A stretch of 61,072 nt of DNA from Actinomycetota bacterium. GTDB lineage: Bacteria; Actinomycetota; Actinomycetes; JACCUZ01. Below, one piece after another: positions 18,977 through 28,261 of this stretch. The notes under the pieces were generated by a model, which was given only the letters and a program-made list of their open reading frames with translations, ran no database searches and was not told where the DNA came from. The stretch is from positions 1 to 61,072 of the forward strand of contig JAVEDB010000181.1 of the NCBI GenBank assembly GCA_030841185.1. The letters are read 5' to 3'. Each line of letters begins with the position of its first letter. Positions within the stretch are counted from its first letter, which is position 1. Position numbers and translations under genes: made by a program.

Positions 18977-19012
18977 CATCAGCGGACCGTTTCGCGTCCG
19001 GGAGGCAGCAGC

Positions 19013-19774
19013 GTGGACAAGGTCGTGGGCAGCGCCACCGAGGCCGTGGCGGACATCGCCGACGGGGCGACGCTCGCCGTGGGGGGATTCGGGCTGTGCG
19101 GGGTTCCCGTCGAGCTGATCAAGGCGGTGCACAACTCCGGTGCGGCCGCGCTGAAGGTGATCAGCAACAACTGCGGGGTCGACGACTGGGGCCTCGGCAT
19201 CCTGCTGCTCGACGGCCGGATCGCGCGGATGACCTCGTCGTACGTTGGTGAGAACAAGGAGTTCGCCCGCCAGTTCCTCTCGGGTGAGCTCGAGGTCGAG
19301 CTGACACCGCAGGGGACGCTCGCCGAGCGGCTGCGGGCCGGCGGCGTCGGGATCCCCGCGTTCTATACCGCGACCGGTGTGGGCACGCAGGTGGCCGACG
19401 GCGGCCTGCCCTGGCGCTACCGCACGGACGGCTCGGTGAGCCTGTCCTCCCCGCGCAAGGAGACGCGCGAGGTCGACGGCCGCACCTACGTGCTCGAGGA
19501 GGCGATCACCGCCGACTTCGGCTTGGTCCGGGCGTGGAAGGGCGACCGGCACGGGAACCTGGTGTTCCGGGAGAGCGCGCGCAACTTCAACCCGCTGTGC
19601 GCGATGGCCGGGAGGATCACGATCGCCGAGGTCGAGCACCTCGTCGACCCCGGTGAGATCACGCCCGAGGAGGTCCACACCCCCGGCATCTTCGTGCAGC
19701 GCGTGGTCGAGCTCGGCCCGGACGCCGAGAAGCGCATCGAGCGACGCACCGTCCGTCCGCGTAAGGAGGCCTGA
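19013..19774 (+). CDS. scoA: 3-oxoacid CoA-transferase subunit A
   Basis: [16 protein letters not shown]...SNNCG...[16 protein letters not shown] motifs. Confidence 0.9.
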   Translation: MDKVVGSATEAVADIADGATLAVGGFGLCGVPVELIKAVHNSGAAALKVISNNCGVDDWGLGILLLDGRIARMTSSYVGENKEFARQFLSGELEVELTPQGTLAERLRAGGVGIPAFYTATGVGTQVADGGLPWRYRTDGSVSLSSPRKETREVDGRTYVLEEAITADFGLVRAWKGDRHGNLVFRESARNFNPLCAMAGRITIAEVEHLVDPGEITPEEVHTPGIFVQRVVELGPDAEKRIERRTVRPRKEA

Positions 19775-19776
19775 TC

Positions 19777-20442
19777 GTGGCGCTGACCCGGGAGCAGATG
19801 GCAGCCCGTGCCGCGGCGGAGCTCGAGGACGGCCAGTACGTCAACCTCGGCATCGGGTTGCCCACCCTCGTTCCCAACTATCTCGCCGACGGGGTCGAGG
19901 TGGTGCTGCAGAGCGAGAACGGCATCCTCGGGGTCGGTCCCTACCCGTTCGAGGGTGAGGAGGACCCGGATCTCATCAACGCCGGCAAGGAGACGGTCAC
20001 CCTGCTGCGCGGCGCCTCGTTCTTCGACTCCGCGATGTCGTTCGGGATGATCCGCGGCGGCCACATCGACGTCGCGATCCTCGGCGCGATGCAGGTGGCC
20101 GCCTCGGGCGACCTCGCCAACTGGATGATCCCCGGAAAGATGGTCAAGGGCATGGGCGGCGCCATGGACCTCGTCCACGGCGCGAAACGCGTCGTCGTGG
20201 TCATGGAGCACGTGGCCAAGGACGGCACGCACAAGGTCGTCGACGAGTGCTCGCTCCCGCTCACCGGCCAGGGCGTGGTCAACCGGATCATCACGGATCT
20301 CGCCGTGCTCGACGTCACTCCCGACGGGCTGCTCCTTCGCGAGCTCGCACCAGGCGTGACTGTCGAGGAGGTGCAGGCTCAGTCGGGGGCACCGCTGCGC
20401 ACTGAAGGCGAGCCGGAGACCATCGTCGTCGACGCCGTCTGA
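19777..20442 (+). CDS. scoB: 3-oxoacid CoA-transferase subunit B
   Basis: [12 protein letters not shown]...SENG (catalytic Glu region)...GMGGAMDLV motifs. Confidence 0.9.
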   Translation: MALTREQMAARAAAELEDGQYVNLGIGLPTLVPNYLADGVEVVLQSENGILGVGPYPFEGEEDPDLINAGKETVTLLRGASFFDSAMSFGMIRGGHIDVAILGAMQVAASGDLANWMIPGKMVKGMGGAMDLVHGAKRVVVVMEHVAKDGTHKVVDECSLPLTGQGVVNRIITDLAVLDVTPDGLLLRELAPGVTVEEVQAQSGAPLRTEGEPETIVVDAV

Positions 20443-20502
20443 CCGGCGCGGAATCAGGCAAATCGTCCGGTTCTCGACTCCTGCGGTTGCTAGCCTGACG
20501 AG

Positions 20503-22347
20503 ATGTACCGCCGTTTCCTGCTCGTCGGCGCGCTGCTGGCCGGCGCCCTGCTCGGCGCGGCCGCCCCGGCCGCCGGCGCGACCGAGAGCTGGATGTGGCC
20601 GTCCTCGGGCACCCTCACGGTCTATGGCCACGGCTACGGGCACGGCCACGGGATGTCGCAGTGGGGCGCCTACGGCGCTGCAACCAGTGGCAAGACGTAC
20701 CAGCAGATCGTCGCGTTCTACTACAAAGGCACGACACTCGGCACCGTCATCGACCCGAGCCTGCGGGTCCTGGTCTCGGCCGACACGGACAACGCGACGC
20801 AGGTCGCGCCCGCGTCCGGCCTGACCGCACACACGGCCGATGGCTCGGTCGTGCTGCCCGCGTCCGTCGCGGGCAGCACCGTCACCAGCTGGCGCGCCGT
20901 CCGCAACACCGGCGGCCTCGTTGTGCAGTACCTGGTCGGGACGACGTGGAGGGCGTACGCGGTCGGGGGCAAGGCTACGCACACGGGTGAGGTCTCGTTC
21001 TCGGCGACCGGCAACACGGTGCGCCTCGTGCTCGGCTCGACCTACCGGGCCTATCGCGGCACCGTGGTGGCGGTGCCCACCAGCACGTCGCCGACGGTGC
21101 GTACCGTCATCGGCACGTCGATGACCGACTACCTGAAGTCGGTCGTGCCCTCGGAGATGCCGTCGTCGTGGGCCTCGCCGGCACTGGAGACGCAAGCGGT
21201 TGCGGCGCGCACCTACGCGAGCTATCAGCGAGCGCACAAGCCCAGCGGCCGGTACTACGACACGTGCGACAGCACGAGCTGCCAGGTATTCAAGGGCGCG
21301 GCCGACTACACCGCCGGCGGCTCGCTGATCACCAACCACGAGGCGACCAGCTCGAGCACGGCCGTGACGACGACCGCTAACCGCGTCGTCCTCTACTCCG
21401 GTGCCCTCGCCTTCACCCAGTTCAGTGCATCCAACGGCGGCTGGGCAGCGGCCGGCTCGGTGCCCTACCTGGCGGCGTTCCCGGACCCGTACGACGGGGT
21501 GCACGCGAGCACCGCCCACTCGTGGACCGACACCATCACCGCCGCATCGCTGCAGGCGGCGTACCCGAGCATCGGCACCTTGCGCTCGGTGAGCCTCAGC
21601 CGCGACGGTCACGGCGAGTGGGGCGGCCGGGTGACCAGCATCACTCTTACCGGCACCTCGGGCTCGGTGACCGTGAGCGGCGAGTCGCTGCGCAGCCCGG
21701 CCGGACTGAAGAGCAGCTGGTGGGCGCCGGCCAGCACCGGCTGGGCGCGCTACAACCTGCTGGTCGGCCCGGGCGACTGGAACGGCGACGGCCGGGTGGA
21801 CCTGTTCGGGCGTACATCTGACGGCAGGCTGTGGTTCGCCGCGGGACTCACCGGAGGCACCGGACCGCCGACGCTCGCGGGGGCCGGTTGGGACATCTTC
21901 AGCGCGATCCTCGGACCGGGCGACTTGACCGGCGACGGCCACCCGGACGTCCTCGCCCGGCTCTCGACGGGCCAGCTTCGGGTCTACCCCGGCAACGGGA
22001 CCGGTGGGTTCCTCCCGGCCAACCAGTTCGGCGCCGGCTGGCAGACGTTCACCGCGATGGTCGGCCCCGGCGACCTGACCGGCGACGGGAAGCCGGACCT
22101 GCTGGTCCGCACCAGCACCGGATCCTTGCGGGTCTACCCGGGCATCGGCAACAGTGTCGGCAGCTTCGGCACGCCCATCGAGTTCGGCGCCGGCTGGCAG
22201 ACGTACAACGCCCTGGTCGGGCCCGGTGACTGGGACGGCGACGGGAAAGCGGACCTGCTCGCCCGGACGAGCGACGGGAGTCTGTGGTTGTACCCCGGGG
22301 CCGGAACCGGGGGTTTCCGCTCTCGCGTCCAGATCGGCTCGGGCTGA
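20503..22347 (+). CDS. Secreted SpoIID/LytB-domain protein with C-terminal FG-GAP/VCBS-like repeats
   Basis: A signal peptide, then GHGYGHGHGMSQWGAYG and the SpoIID core (QAVAARTYA...CDSTSCQVF), followed by four ~50-aa GPGD(W/L)xGDGxxDL repeats. Confidence 0.8.
   Translation: MYRRFLLVGALLAGALLGAAAPAAGATESWMWPSSGTLTVYGHGYGHGHGMSQWGAYGAATSGKTYQQIVAFYYKGTTLGTVIDPSLRVLVSADTDNATQVAPASGLTAHTADGSVVLPASVAGSTVTSWRAVRNTGGLVVQYLVGTTWRAYAVGGKATHTGEVSFSATGNTVRLVLGSTYRAYRGTVVAVPTSTSPTVRTVIGTSMTDYLKSVVPSEMPSSWASPALETQAVAARTYASYQRAHKPSGRYYDTCDSTSCQVFKGAADYTAGGSLITNHEATSSSTAVTTTANRVVLYSGALAFTQFSASNGGWAAAGSVPYLAAFPDPYDGVHASTAHSWTDTITAASLQAAYPSIGTLRSVSLSRDGHGEWGGRVTSITLTGTSGSVTVSGESLRSPAGLKSSWWAPASTGWARYNLLVGPGDWNGDGRVDLFGRTSDGRLWFAAGLTGGTGPPTLAGAGWDIFSAILGPGDLTGDGHPDVLARLSTGQLRVYPGNGTGGFLPANQFGAGWQTFTAMVGPGDLTGDGKPDLLVRTSTGSLRVYPGIGNSVGSFGTPIEFGAGWQTYNALVGPGDWDGDGKADLLARTSDGSLWLYPGAGTGGFRSRVQIGSG
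21766..22344 (+). repeat. Four tandem protein-level FG-GAP-like repeats inside the SpoIID-domain gene
   Basis: GPGD starts at 21766, 21913, 22063 and 22219, giving periods of 147, 150 and 156 nt. Each unit reads GPGDxxGDGxxDLxxRxxxGxLxxYPG...GAGW. Confidence 0.8.
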
Positions 22348-22404
22348 CCGCGGCGCATCGTCGCCGCTGCGGCGAGGGCGGTCGGGGCGCTGATGACGCG
22401 CCGG

Positions 22405-22410
22405 TACTAT
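22405..22410 (+). promoter_or_regulatory. Possible -10 hexamer (TACTAT) giving a leaderless transcript for the downstream membrane protein
   Basis: The TAnnnT hexamer ends 7 nt before the ATG at 22418, and no SD lies between them. This is inference only. Confidence 0.25.
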
Positions 22411-22417
22411 TCTCGGA

Positions 22418-24790
22418 ATGAGCACCGTCGTCGCCGATCCCGCTGATCCAGCAAAGAGTACGAAGTTTGGACTCTCGCGCGAGCGGCCGACTGCGGATTT
22501 GGTACTCGACTTCCTGCCAGCAATAGTCACGGTCCTTCTCGTCGTGACGGCGCTGCTCGCGACCCACACTCCCCCAAGCGCAGTTCTGCGATACGCCGCC
22601 TACCTCGTGTTCGCCGTTCTGCTACCGGGGACGCTGGTGCATCGTGCCCTTCGCGGCCGATCCCCGATGCTGCTGACTGATCTGGCGCTGGGCGGTGCCA
22701 CCGGCCTCGCACTCGAGCTCGCCGCCTGGGCGATCTTCACTTCCCTGCATGCGCAAGCCTTCCTGTGGATCTGGCCGCTTCTCGTAGTCATCCCATTCGT
22801 GGCTGTGCCGGCGCTGAGAAGGCACTGGAACGACCGTCCAGCCGTGACGGAGCGGAGTCGCCTCACGTCCTGGCTGGTGGCCGGCGCCTTCCTGTACTTC
22901 ACCCTTGGCCTCGCCGTCGGGTCCATGCGGACGACGGGATTGCCCCCGCACGCCAACCTGTACTACGAGGACATCTACTGGCACCTCTCGATCGCGGAAG
23001 AGTTGACGCGTCAGGTGCCACCCGAGGTGCCCCAGATGGCCGGGCACACCCTGCACTATCACTGGTTCTCGAACGCTCACATGGCGGCGTCGCATCTGGT
23101 GAGCGGCGTGAACCTTCCCGTCATCATGCTTCGCCTGTGGCTCTTGCCCGTCGTGGCAATCATTCTCGGTCTGGTCGTCGCGGTGGCACGGAAGGCGACC
23201 GGGTTAGCGTGGACTGGAGCTGTCGCATGCATCATCGTTGTTGCACCAGCGTTGCTCATGCCGTGGAGATGGTTTCACCCGTACAACTCCGCGGCGCTTG
23301 TCGAGGGAAGTCCCTCGCAAGTATTCGGCTTGGTCTTTCTGCTGCTGGCTTGCCACGTGCTCCTCGACCTCGTCAGAGGACGCAGCGTGCGATGGGGATG
23401 GGTCGTTCTCTTTCTTGCCGCAGCTGCGGCGCCCGGAAGCAAGCCCTCCGTGCTGCCAGTGTTGCTCGGCGGCCTAGGCGTGGTGGTTGTCTTCGATCTG
23501 TTCCGCCGGCAGCCGATCCGGGCGCCCATCGGCGCGATCCTGCTGATCGGGGCATCTGTACTCATCAGTAGCCCGCTCACGGCCCAGAGTGCCGCCGGCT
23601 CCAGCCTCAAGGTGTTCGGTCTTCTCACGTTTGAAAAGCCGTGGAACGCTTTCATCAAAGTCCACAAGCTCCCGGGAACGGGCGATGGCCGGTTCATTTA
23701 CGACGCGCACAAGCCGGGCGCCCTCGCACTCGCGCTGATACTCGTGGCAGCCCTGCTCCTCCAGTACGCATGGGTCCTGGCCGGCCTGACGCTCGTCGGA
23801 CGACGAACCCGTCGGGACCCTGCGGTCTGGCTTCTGAGCGGCTGCGTTGTCGCCGGCTTGGCCGCGATGCTTGTCGTAGACCATCCTGGCGCCTCTGAGG
23901 TCTACTTCGCCAAGACAGTCACTCCGCTCGCTGCGATCCTTGCAGCCTGGGGTCTGGCCGCCGCCTTTCCCGCAATCACGACTGGTCCCTCACGAGTACG
24001 CCTCGCCCTCGGGCTAGCCGCCGGCGTTGCGGTGGGAGCGATCTGCGCGGTGTTGAGCAGCAAAAGCGCCCCACGACCAACCGGACCTAGCGATTATCCG
24101 CATGCCCTGCTGGCGCCCTTCGCCATCATGCTCGTCGTCGCCGTCGTCGTCGCCGTCGCCGGCGCCGCCGGGTTCCTGCTGCGGCGGAGACTTCCGGACG
24201 GCTCGCTGAGGATCTTCGGGGCCGCCGCCATCGCGGCTCTGCTGGCCGTGTTCTTGGTGCAGACACCGTTCCACACCGCGCAATCCGTTCGAGCCGCCAC
24301 GCGCGGCACGTCGGCGGCTCCCAAGCCCTGGGGGGTGACCGCTCAGGAAGCGGCCGCCACCGCCTGGCTTGCCCGACACGCAAGCTCAGATGATGTGGTT
24401 GCGACGAATGTCCACTGCAAGTTCAAGGTCACCAGACGAAACTGCGACGCCCGCGCGTTCTGGGTGTCGGCGCTCGGTGCCCATCGCGTGCTGATCGAGG
24501 GCTGGGCGTACACGGAGGAAGCGCTCCAACGCCAGGGCCTCAACGGTCGAGGCTTCGTCACCCAGCCCTTCTACGACCCCAAGCTGTTCGCGGCCAACGA
24601 AGGAGCCTTCACGGATCCAACCCCGGCCGGGTTAGCGGAGCTTCGGGACAAGCACGGCGTCCGGTGGCTCTTCGCTGACCGCGCGGCCGGTCCCGTCTCA
24701 CCACGCCTGGAACAAGTGGCCCGACTTCGGTTCAGTAACGCTGATGTGAAGATCTTCGAGCTTCCGGGCCCAAGCGCTGCGACCACCTAG
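22418..24790 (+). CDS. Large polytopic membrane protein, GT-C-like glycosyltransferase candidate (paralog 1)
   Basis: 790 aa with more than 12 TM segments. A loop motif reads YYEDIYWHL..AEEL...LHYHWFSNAHMAA. The C-terminal soluble domain carries N.HC...CD.R.F...AL...VL.EGW. Both motifs are shared with 29753-32173. Confidence 0.55.
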   Translation: MSTVVADPADPAKSTKFGLSRERPTADLVLDFLPAIVTVLLVVTALLATHTPPSAVLRYAAYLVFAVLLPGTLVHRALRGRSPMLLTDLALGGATGLALELAAWAIFTSLHAQAFLWIWPLLVVIPFVAVPALRRHWNDRPAVTERSRLTSWLVAGAFLYFTLGLAVGSMRTTGLPPHANLYYEDIYWHLSIAEELTRQVPPEVPQMAGHTLHYHWFSNAHMAASHLVSGVNLPVIMLRLWLLPVVAIILGLVVAVARKATGLAWTGAVACIIVVAPALLMPWRWFHPYNSAALVEGSPSQVFGLVFLLLACHVLLDLVRGRSVRWGWVVLFLAAAAAPGSKPSVLPVLLGGLGVVVVFDLFRRQPIRAPIGAILLIGASVLISSPLTAQSAAGSSLKVFGLLTFEKPWNAFIKVHKLPGTGDGRFIYDAHKPGALALALILVAALLLQYAWVLAGLTLVGRRTRRDPAVWLLSGCVVAGLAAMLVVDHPGASEVYFAKTVTPLAAILAAWGLAAAFPAITTGPSRVRLALGLAAGVAVGAICAVLSSKSAPRPTGPSDYPHALLAPFAIMLVVAVVVAVAGAAGFLLRRRLPDGSLRIFGAAAIAALLAVFLVQTPFHTAQSVRAATRGTSAAPKPWGVTAQEAAATAWLARHASSDDVVATNVHCKFKVTRRNCDARAFWVSALGAHRVLIEGWAYTEEALQRQGLNGRGFVTQPFYDPKLFAANEGAFTDPTPAGLAELRDKHGVRWLFADRAAGPVSPRLEQVARLRFSNADVKIFELPGPSAATT

Positions 24791-24793
24791 GCC

Positions 24794-26437
24794 GTGAATC
24801 GGACACGCGTCGTGCTCCAGGCCCGCCTCAGTTCCTCTCGCCTGCCTGGCAAGGCACTGCTGCCCCTGGGTGGTATGCCGATCGTCGAGCTCATCGCCCG
24901 TCGAGCCGGCCGGACGGGATATGAGGTGGTCGTCGCCACCAGCGAGGAGACCGACGACGACCCGTTGGCAGTCACGGTTGCACAAGCCGGGCTCGGCGTC
25001 GTACGTGGTTCGCTCGACGACGTCCTGGGCCGCTTCGCCACCGCAACCGCGGATCTCGCCCCCTCGGACATCGTGGTGCGGCTCACTGGCGACAACCCGT
25101 TCGTTGACGCAGACCTGATCGCGGAGCTCGTTGGGGGTCTGGAGAGTTCCGACCACGCATACGCTCGCATCGACATCGACAAGGTTCCCTATGGCCTCGG
25201 TGCAGAGGCTTTCCGTGTGTCGGCCCTCAGACTCGCCGCGGAGCGAGCCACGTCGTCCTCAGACCGGGAACACGTGACGCCCTGGCTGCGACGGGAGCTC
25301 GGGGAGAGCGCCGTCGTGCCCGGGGAGACGCCTAGTGGATCGCAGGCCCTGCGGTGCACGATTGATGTCCTGACCGACTACCACCGCGCATTCGCCGTAT
25401 TCGCCGAGGTGAACAACGTCGTCAGCGTTCGGTGGCCCACGCTGGTCGGCGTGCTCCAGCGCCTGGACGGAGGTATGGACGCCGTTCCCACACGAGACAC
25501 CTCGGAGCTGCGCCAGTCCGTTCTCGTCCTTGGCACGGCACAGCTTGGGATGCACTACGGCGTGGCCAACATTGACGGCCAGCCCGCTGACGCGCGGGTT
25601 CGCAGAATGCTTCAAGCAGCTGTCAACACGGGCATCACTCATGCCGACACCGCGCGGGCCTACGGCAGCAGCGAAGCAACCCTGCGGAGGTGCCTCGAAC
25701 CAGCCCTGACGAGGCGACTGGGATTCGTGACGAAAGTAGCGCCACTCACCGAGTCGGTCGCGCGCGACAAGGACCTCGTCACGCTCTTCGTCGAGGCGAG
25801 CGCTGAGCGCAGTTTCGCCGAGCTTGGCCAGCGCCGGGTCGATGCCCTCCTGCTCCACAGGGCGGCTGATGCGACGGCCGCAGACTCTGCCGCCTGGCGG
25901 CGATTGCTCGAGTACCGGCGGGAGGGCGCGGTCGCACGCATCGGCGTCTCGGTTCAGAACCCGGCCGAGTTGGCGGCTGCTCTCGAGCTGGACGGCCTCG
26001 GCTATGTGCAACTGCCCTTCAACGTGCTCGACCGCCGCTGGGTCGACAACGACGAAGCGGTCGCGGCAGACCTCCTCCAGGAACGTCAAGACGTCCTGGT
26101 CTCGGTGCGGAGCCTCTATCTCCAGGGAGTGCTGACGGGCGCCGGGCCCGCCCCACGCGGCATCCCCGTGGATGTCGCGAAGACCCGACTCACCCTCGCC
26201 ACGCTCGCCGCCGAGTTGAGCCGTGACTCCATTGCCGATCTCTGCATGGCTTATGTGCTCGCCCACCCCTGGGTAACATCGGTTGTCGTCGGCGCCGAGA
26301 CTGAGGCACAAGTACTCGAGAACGCGCGGCTGGCAGCCCGCACTCCGTTGTCGGCTGAGCAGTGCCGCGAACTCCGCAGGAGGCTCCCCGCCGGCGCAGA
26401 GGACCTCATCAACCCGAGCCGATGGGCACTGTCATGA
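24794..26437 (+). CDS. pseF: Fusion: acylneuraminate/pseudaminate cytidylyltransferase-like (PseF/SpsF-type) N-domain plus aldo/keto reductase C-domain
   Basis: The N-terminus VVLQARLSSSRLPGKALLPLGGMPIVE...RLTGDNPF matches the CTP_transf_3/SpsF type. From about residue 235, LVLGTAQLGMHYG...DTARAYGSSE...LLLHR matches AKR. Both lie in one 547-aa ORF. Confidence 0.65.
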   Translation: MNRTRVVLQARLSSSRLPGKALLPLGGMPIVELIARRAGRTGYEVVVATSEETDDDPLAVTVAQAGLGVVRGSLDDVLGRFATATADLAPSDIVVRLTGDNPFVDADLIAELVGGLESSDHAYARIDIDKVPYGLGAEAFRVSALRLAAERATSSSDREHVTPWLRRELGESAVVPGETPSGSQALRCTIDVLTDYHRAFAVFAEVNNVVSVRWPTLVGVLQRLDGGMDAVPTRDTSELRQSVLVLGTAQLGMHYGVANIDGQPADARVRRMLQAAVNTGITHADTARAYGSSEATLRRCLEPALTRRLGFVTKVAPLTESVARDKDLVTLFVEASAERSFAELGQRRVDALLLHRAADATAADSAAWRRLLEYRREGAVARIGVSVQNPAELAAALELDGLGYVQLPFNVLDRRWVDNDEAVAADLLQERQDVLVSVRSLYLQGVLTGAGPAPRGIPVDVAKTRLTLATLAAELSRDSIADLCMAYVLAHPWVTSVVVGAETEAQVLENARLAARTPLSAEQCRELRRRLPAGAEDLINPSRWALS

Positions 26438-27216
26438 CGACCCTGTTCGACCTCTCGGGACGGGTAGCAGTCGTGACCGGAGCGGCAGGCCACCTTGGTC
26501 GCTCCACCGCAGAAGCCCTCGCCGGCGCGGGGGCCACCGTCTGGCTGGTGGGCCGGCAGGCCCACCGGCTCGAGGAACTCGCGGAGAACCTCACCCAGTC
26601 GGGTGCGACTGCGATTGCCCAGCGGGCCGACGTGCTCGAGGACTCGGACGTTCGCTCGCTGGTCGACGCGGTAGCGAGCGCCTCGGGACGCCTCGACATC
26701 CTGGTCAACAATGCGCACATCGGCCGCGGCGGCACCCTCGCGACCAGCAAGGTCGCCGACTTTGCCGAGGCCGCCGAGCTGGCACTAGCCGCACCGACTC
26801 GGCTGATCAACGCCTTTCGAGACCTCCTCGCCGCCGCAGTGCCGACTGGTTCGCCATCAGTCATCAACGTGACGTCGATGTACGGCCTGGTGAGTCCCGA
26901 CCCCCGTCTGTACGAGCGGTCCGAGCAGGTAAGCCCGCCGTACTACGGAGCGGTGAAGGCCGGCCTCCTTCAGCTCACCCGCTATGCCGCGGTAGAACTG
27001 GCTCCTCTCGGCATCCGGGTCAACTCCCTGACCCCAGGTCCGTTCCCGGCCAGTGCCGGGCCCGATTTCGAGCGCCGGCTAGGCGACCGGGTGCCTCTCG
27101 GACGAGTGGGCCGTGCCGAGGAGATCCAGACGGCCATCCTCTTTCTCGCCTCCCCGTCGTCGTCTTTCGTCACCGGTAGCGAGGTCCGCGTTGACGGCGG
27201 CTGGACAGCATGGTGA
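26434..27216 (+). CDS. SDR-family oxidoreductase
   Basis: GRVAVVTGAAGHLG (the first Gly of the Rossmann motif), NNAH and YYGAVKAG (YxxxK). The ATG overlaps the upstream TGA (ATGA). Confidence 0.85.
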   Translation: MTTLFDLSGRVAVVTGAAGHLGRSTAEALAGAGATVWLVGRQAHRLEELAENLTQSGATAIAQRADVLEDSDVRSLVDAVASASGRLDILVNNAHIGRGGTLATSKVADFAEAAELALAAPTRLINAFRDLLAAAVPTGSPSVINVTSMYGLVSPDPRLYERSEQVSPPYYGAVKAGLLQLTRYAAVELAPLGIRVNSLTPGPFPASAGPDFERRLGDRVPLGRVGRAEEIQTAILFLASPSSSFVTGSEVRVDGGWTAW

Positions 27217-27298
27217 TGTGGCGCACCGAGCGGCGCAGAGGGGTCGCTATCATGACGGAGGCAGCCCTCAAGGGTCGACGTGCTCATTTCCCAGGTGA

Positions 27299-28243
27299 TT
27301 GACCTTGCATCACGCGAATCACTTCTACGGTCACGCGCACATTCTCGCGCGCTATGCCGGGCTTGCCGAGGTACCGCGGATCTGGGGCTATCTCCAGCAC
27401 GGATGGAACGTCCACGACGGCTTCGCTGTCGGAACGCTTTTCGCCCCAGGGTTTCCCAAATATGTCTGGTCAGACGCACCGCGGCGGCGGGGTTGGGCTG
27501 CTGGTCTCCGCAATTACGTCGTCGTCGGGTCTCCGTGGGCCTATCTGCTGGAGCTCGAGAAGCAACGCGAGTGGGAGGAGTCGAACCCACCTCGTGAGGG
27601 GACCATCGTCTACCCCTTCCACGGCTGGGAGCAACAGAACATCCTCGGCGACCACGACCGCTACGTCGACCAGATCAAGGCCACCGAGGACGGGCCGGTA
27701 ACCATCTGCCTCTACTGGAACGAGTACCGCGTCCCTGAGGTTCGCCGATCGTACGAGAAGGCCGGCTTCCGTGTTATCTCGCACGGTTATCGTGGCTATC
27801 TGTGGAAGGGCACGGACATCGACTTTCTCAGTCGCCAGCTTGTGGAGTTGCGGCGGCACCGTCGAGTTGTGTCCAACCGACTTACGACGGCGATCTTCTA
27901 CGGCGCATCCGTCGGCGCTGAGGTAGGCGTCTACGGTGACCCCATGGTCATCGAAGCGGAGCGGATGGTCTTCGGCGGCTACGCCCGTCTGAAGCGGCTC
28001 TGGCCGGAACTGCACCAGGTGCATGTGCCGCAGGAGGTGGCCAGCGAGGTCGCCCGGATCGAACTCGGTTCTGATCTCTTGCTGAGTCCGACCGAGCTCA
28101 TCCAGGCGTTCGGTTGGGAGCACGCCAGGCGGCAACGGCGCCTGGCCGTGGACAAGCGGCCTCTCGCGACGGAAGGTGACCTCGCTCACGACGATGACAC
28201 AGTCGATGACCCGGTCGACGCCGACAGCATGCCGATCGCCTAA
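27299..28243 (+). CDS. Hypothetical protein (no family recognised)
   Basis: 314-aa ORF in the island with good coding appearance. Only TTG starts (27299 or 27305) are available after the in-frame TGA at 27296, and there is no clear SD. The C-terminal tail is acidic. Confidence 0.55.
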   Translation: MTLHHANHFYGHAHILARYAGLAEVPRIWGYLQHGWNVHDGFAVGTLFAPGFPKYVWSDAPRRRGWAAGLRNYVVVGSPWAYLLELEKQREWEESNPPREGTIVYPFHGWEQQNILGDHDRYVDQIKATEDGPVTICLYWNEYRVPEVRRSYEKAGFRVISHGYRGYLWKGTDIDFLSRQLVELRRHRRVVSNRLTTAIFYGASVGAEVGVYGDPMVIEAERMVFGGYARLKRLWPELHQVHVPQEVASEVARIELGSDLLLSPTELIQAFGWEHARRQRRLAVDKRPLATEGDLAHDDDTVDDPVDADSMPIA

Positions 28244-28261
28244 CCGAAGGAGGGGAACAAC

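Noticed and set aside
19486-22569. 1027-aa minus-strand ORF, the longest in the track
   Set aside because: It is antisense to scoA, scoB and the SpoIID-domain gene. Its translation is Arg/Gly/Ala/Pro-rich and low-complexity with no motifs. This is the typical stop-free antisense frame of high-GC DNA.
24121-24175. GTC/GCC trinucleotide-rich tract (gtcgtcgccgtcgtcgtcgccgtcgccggcgccgcc) as a possible phase-variation repeat
   Set aside because: It encodes a Val/Ala-rich TM helix (VVAVVVAVAGAAG). The repeat unit is a multiple of three and imperfect, so slippage would not switch the frame.
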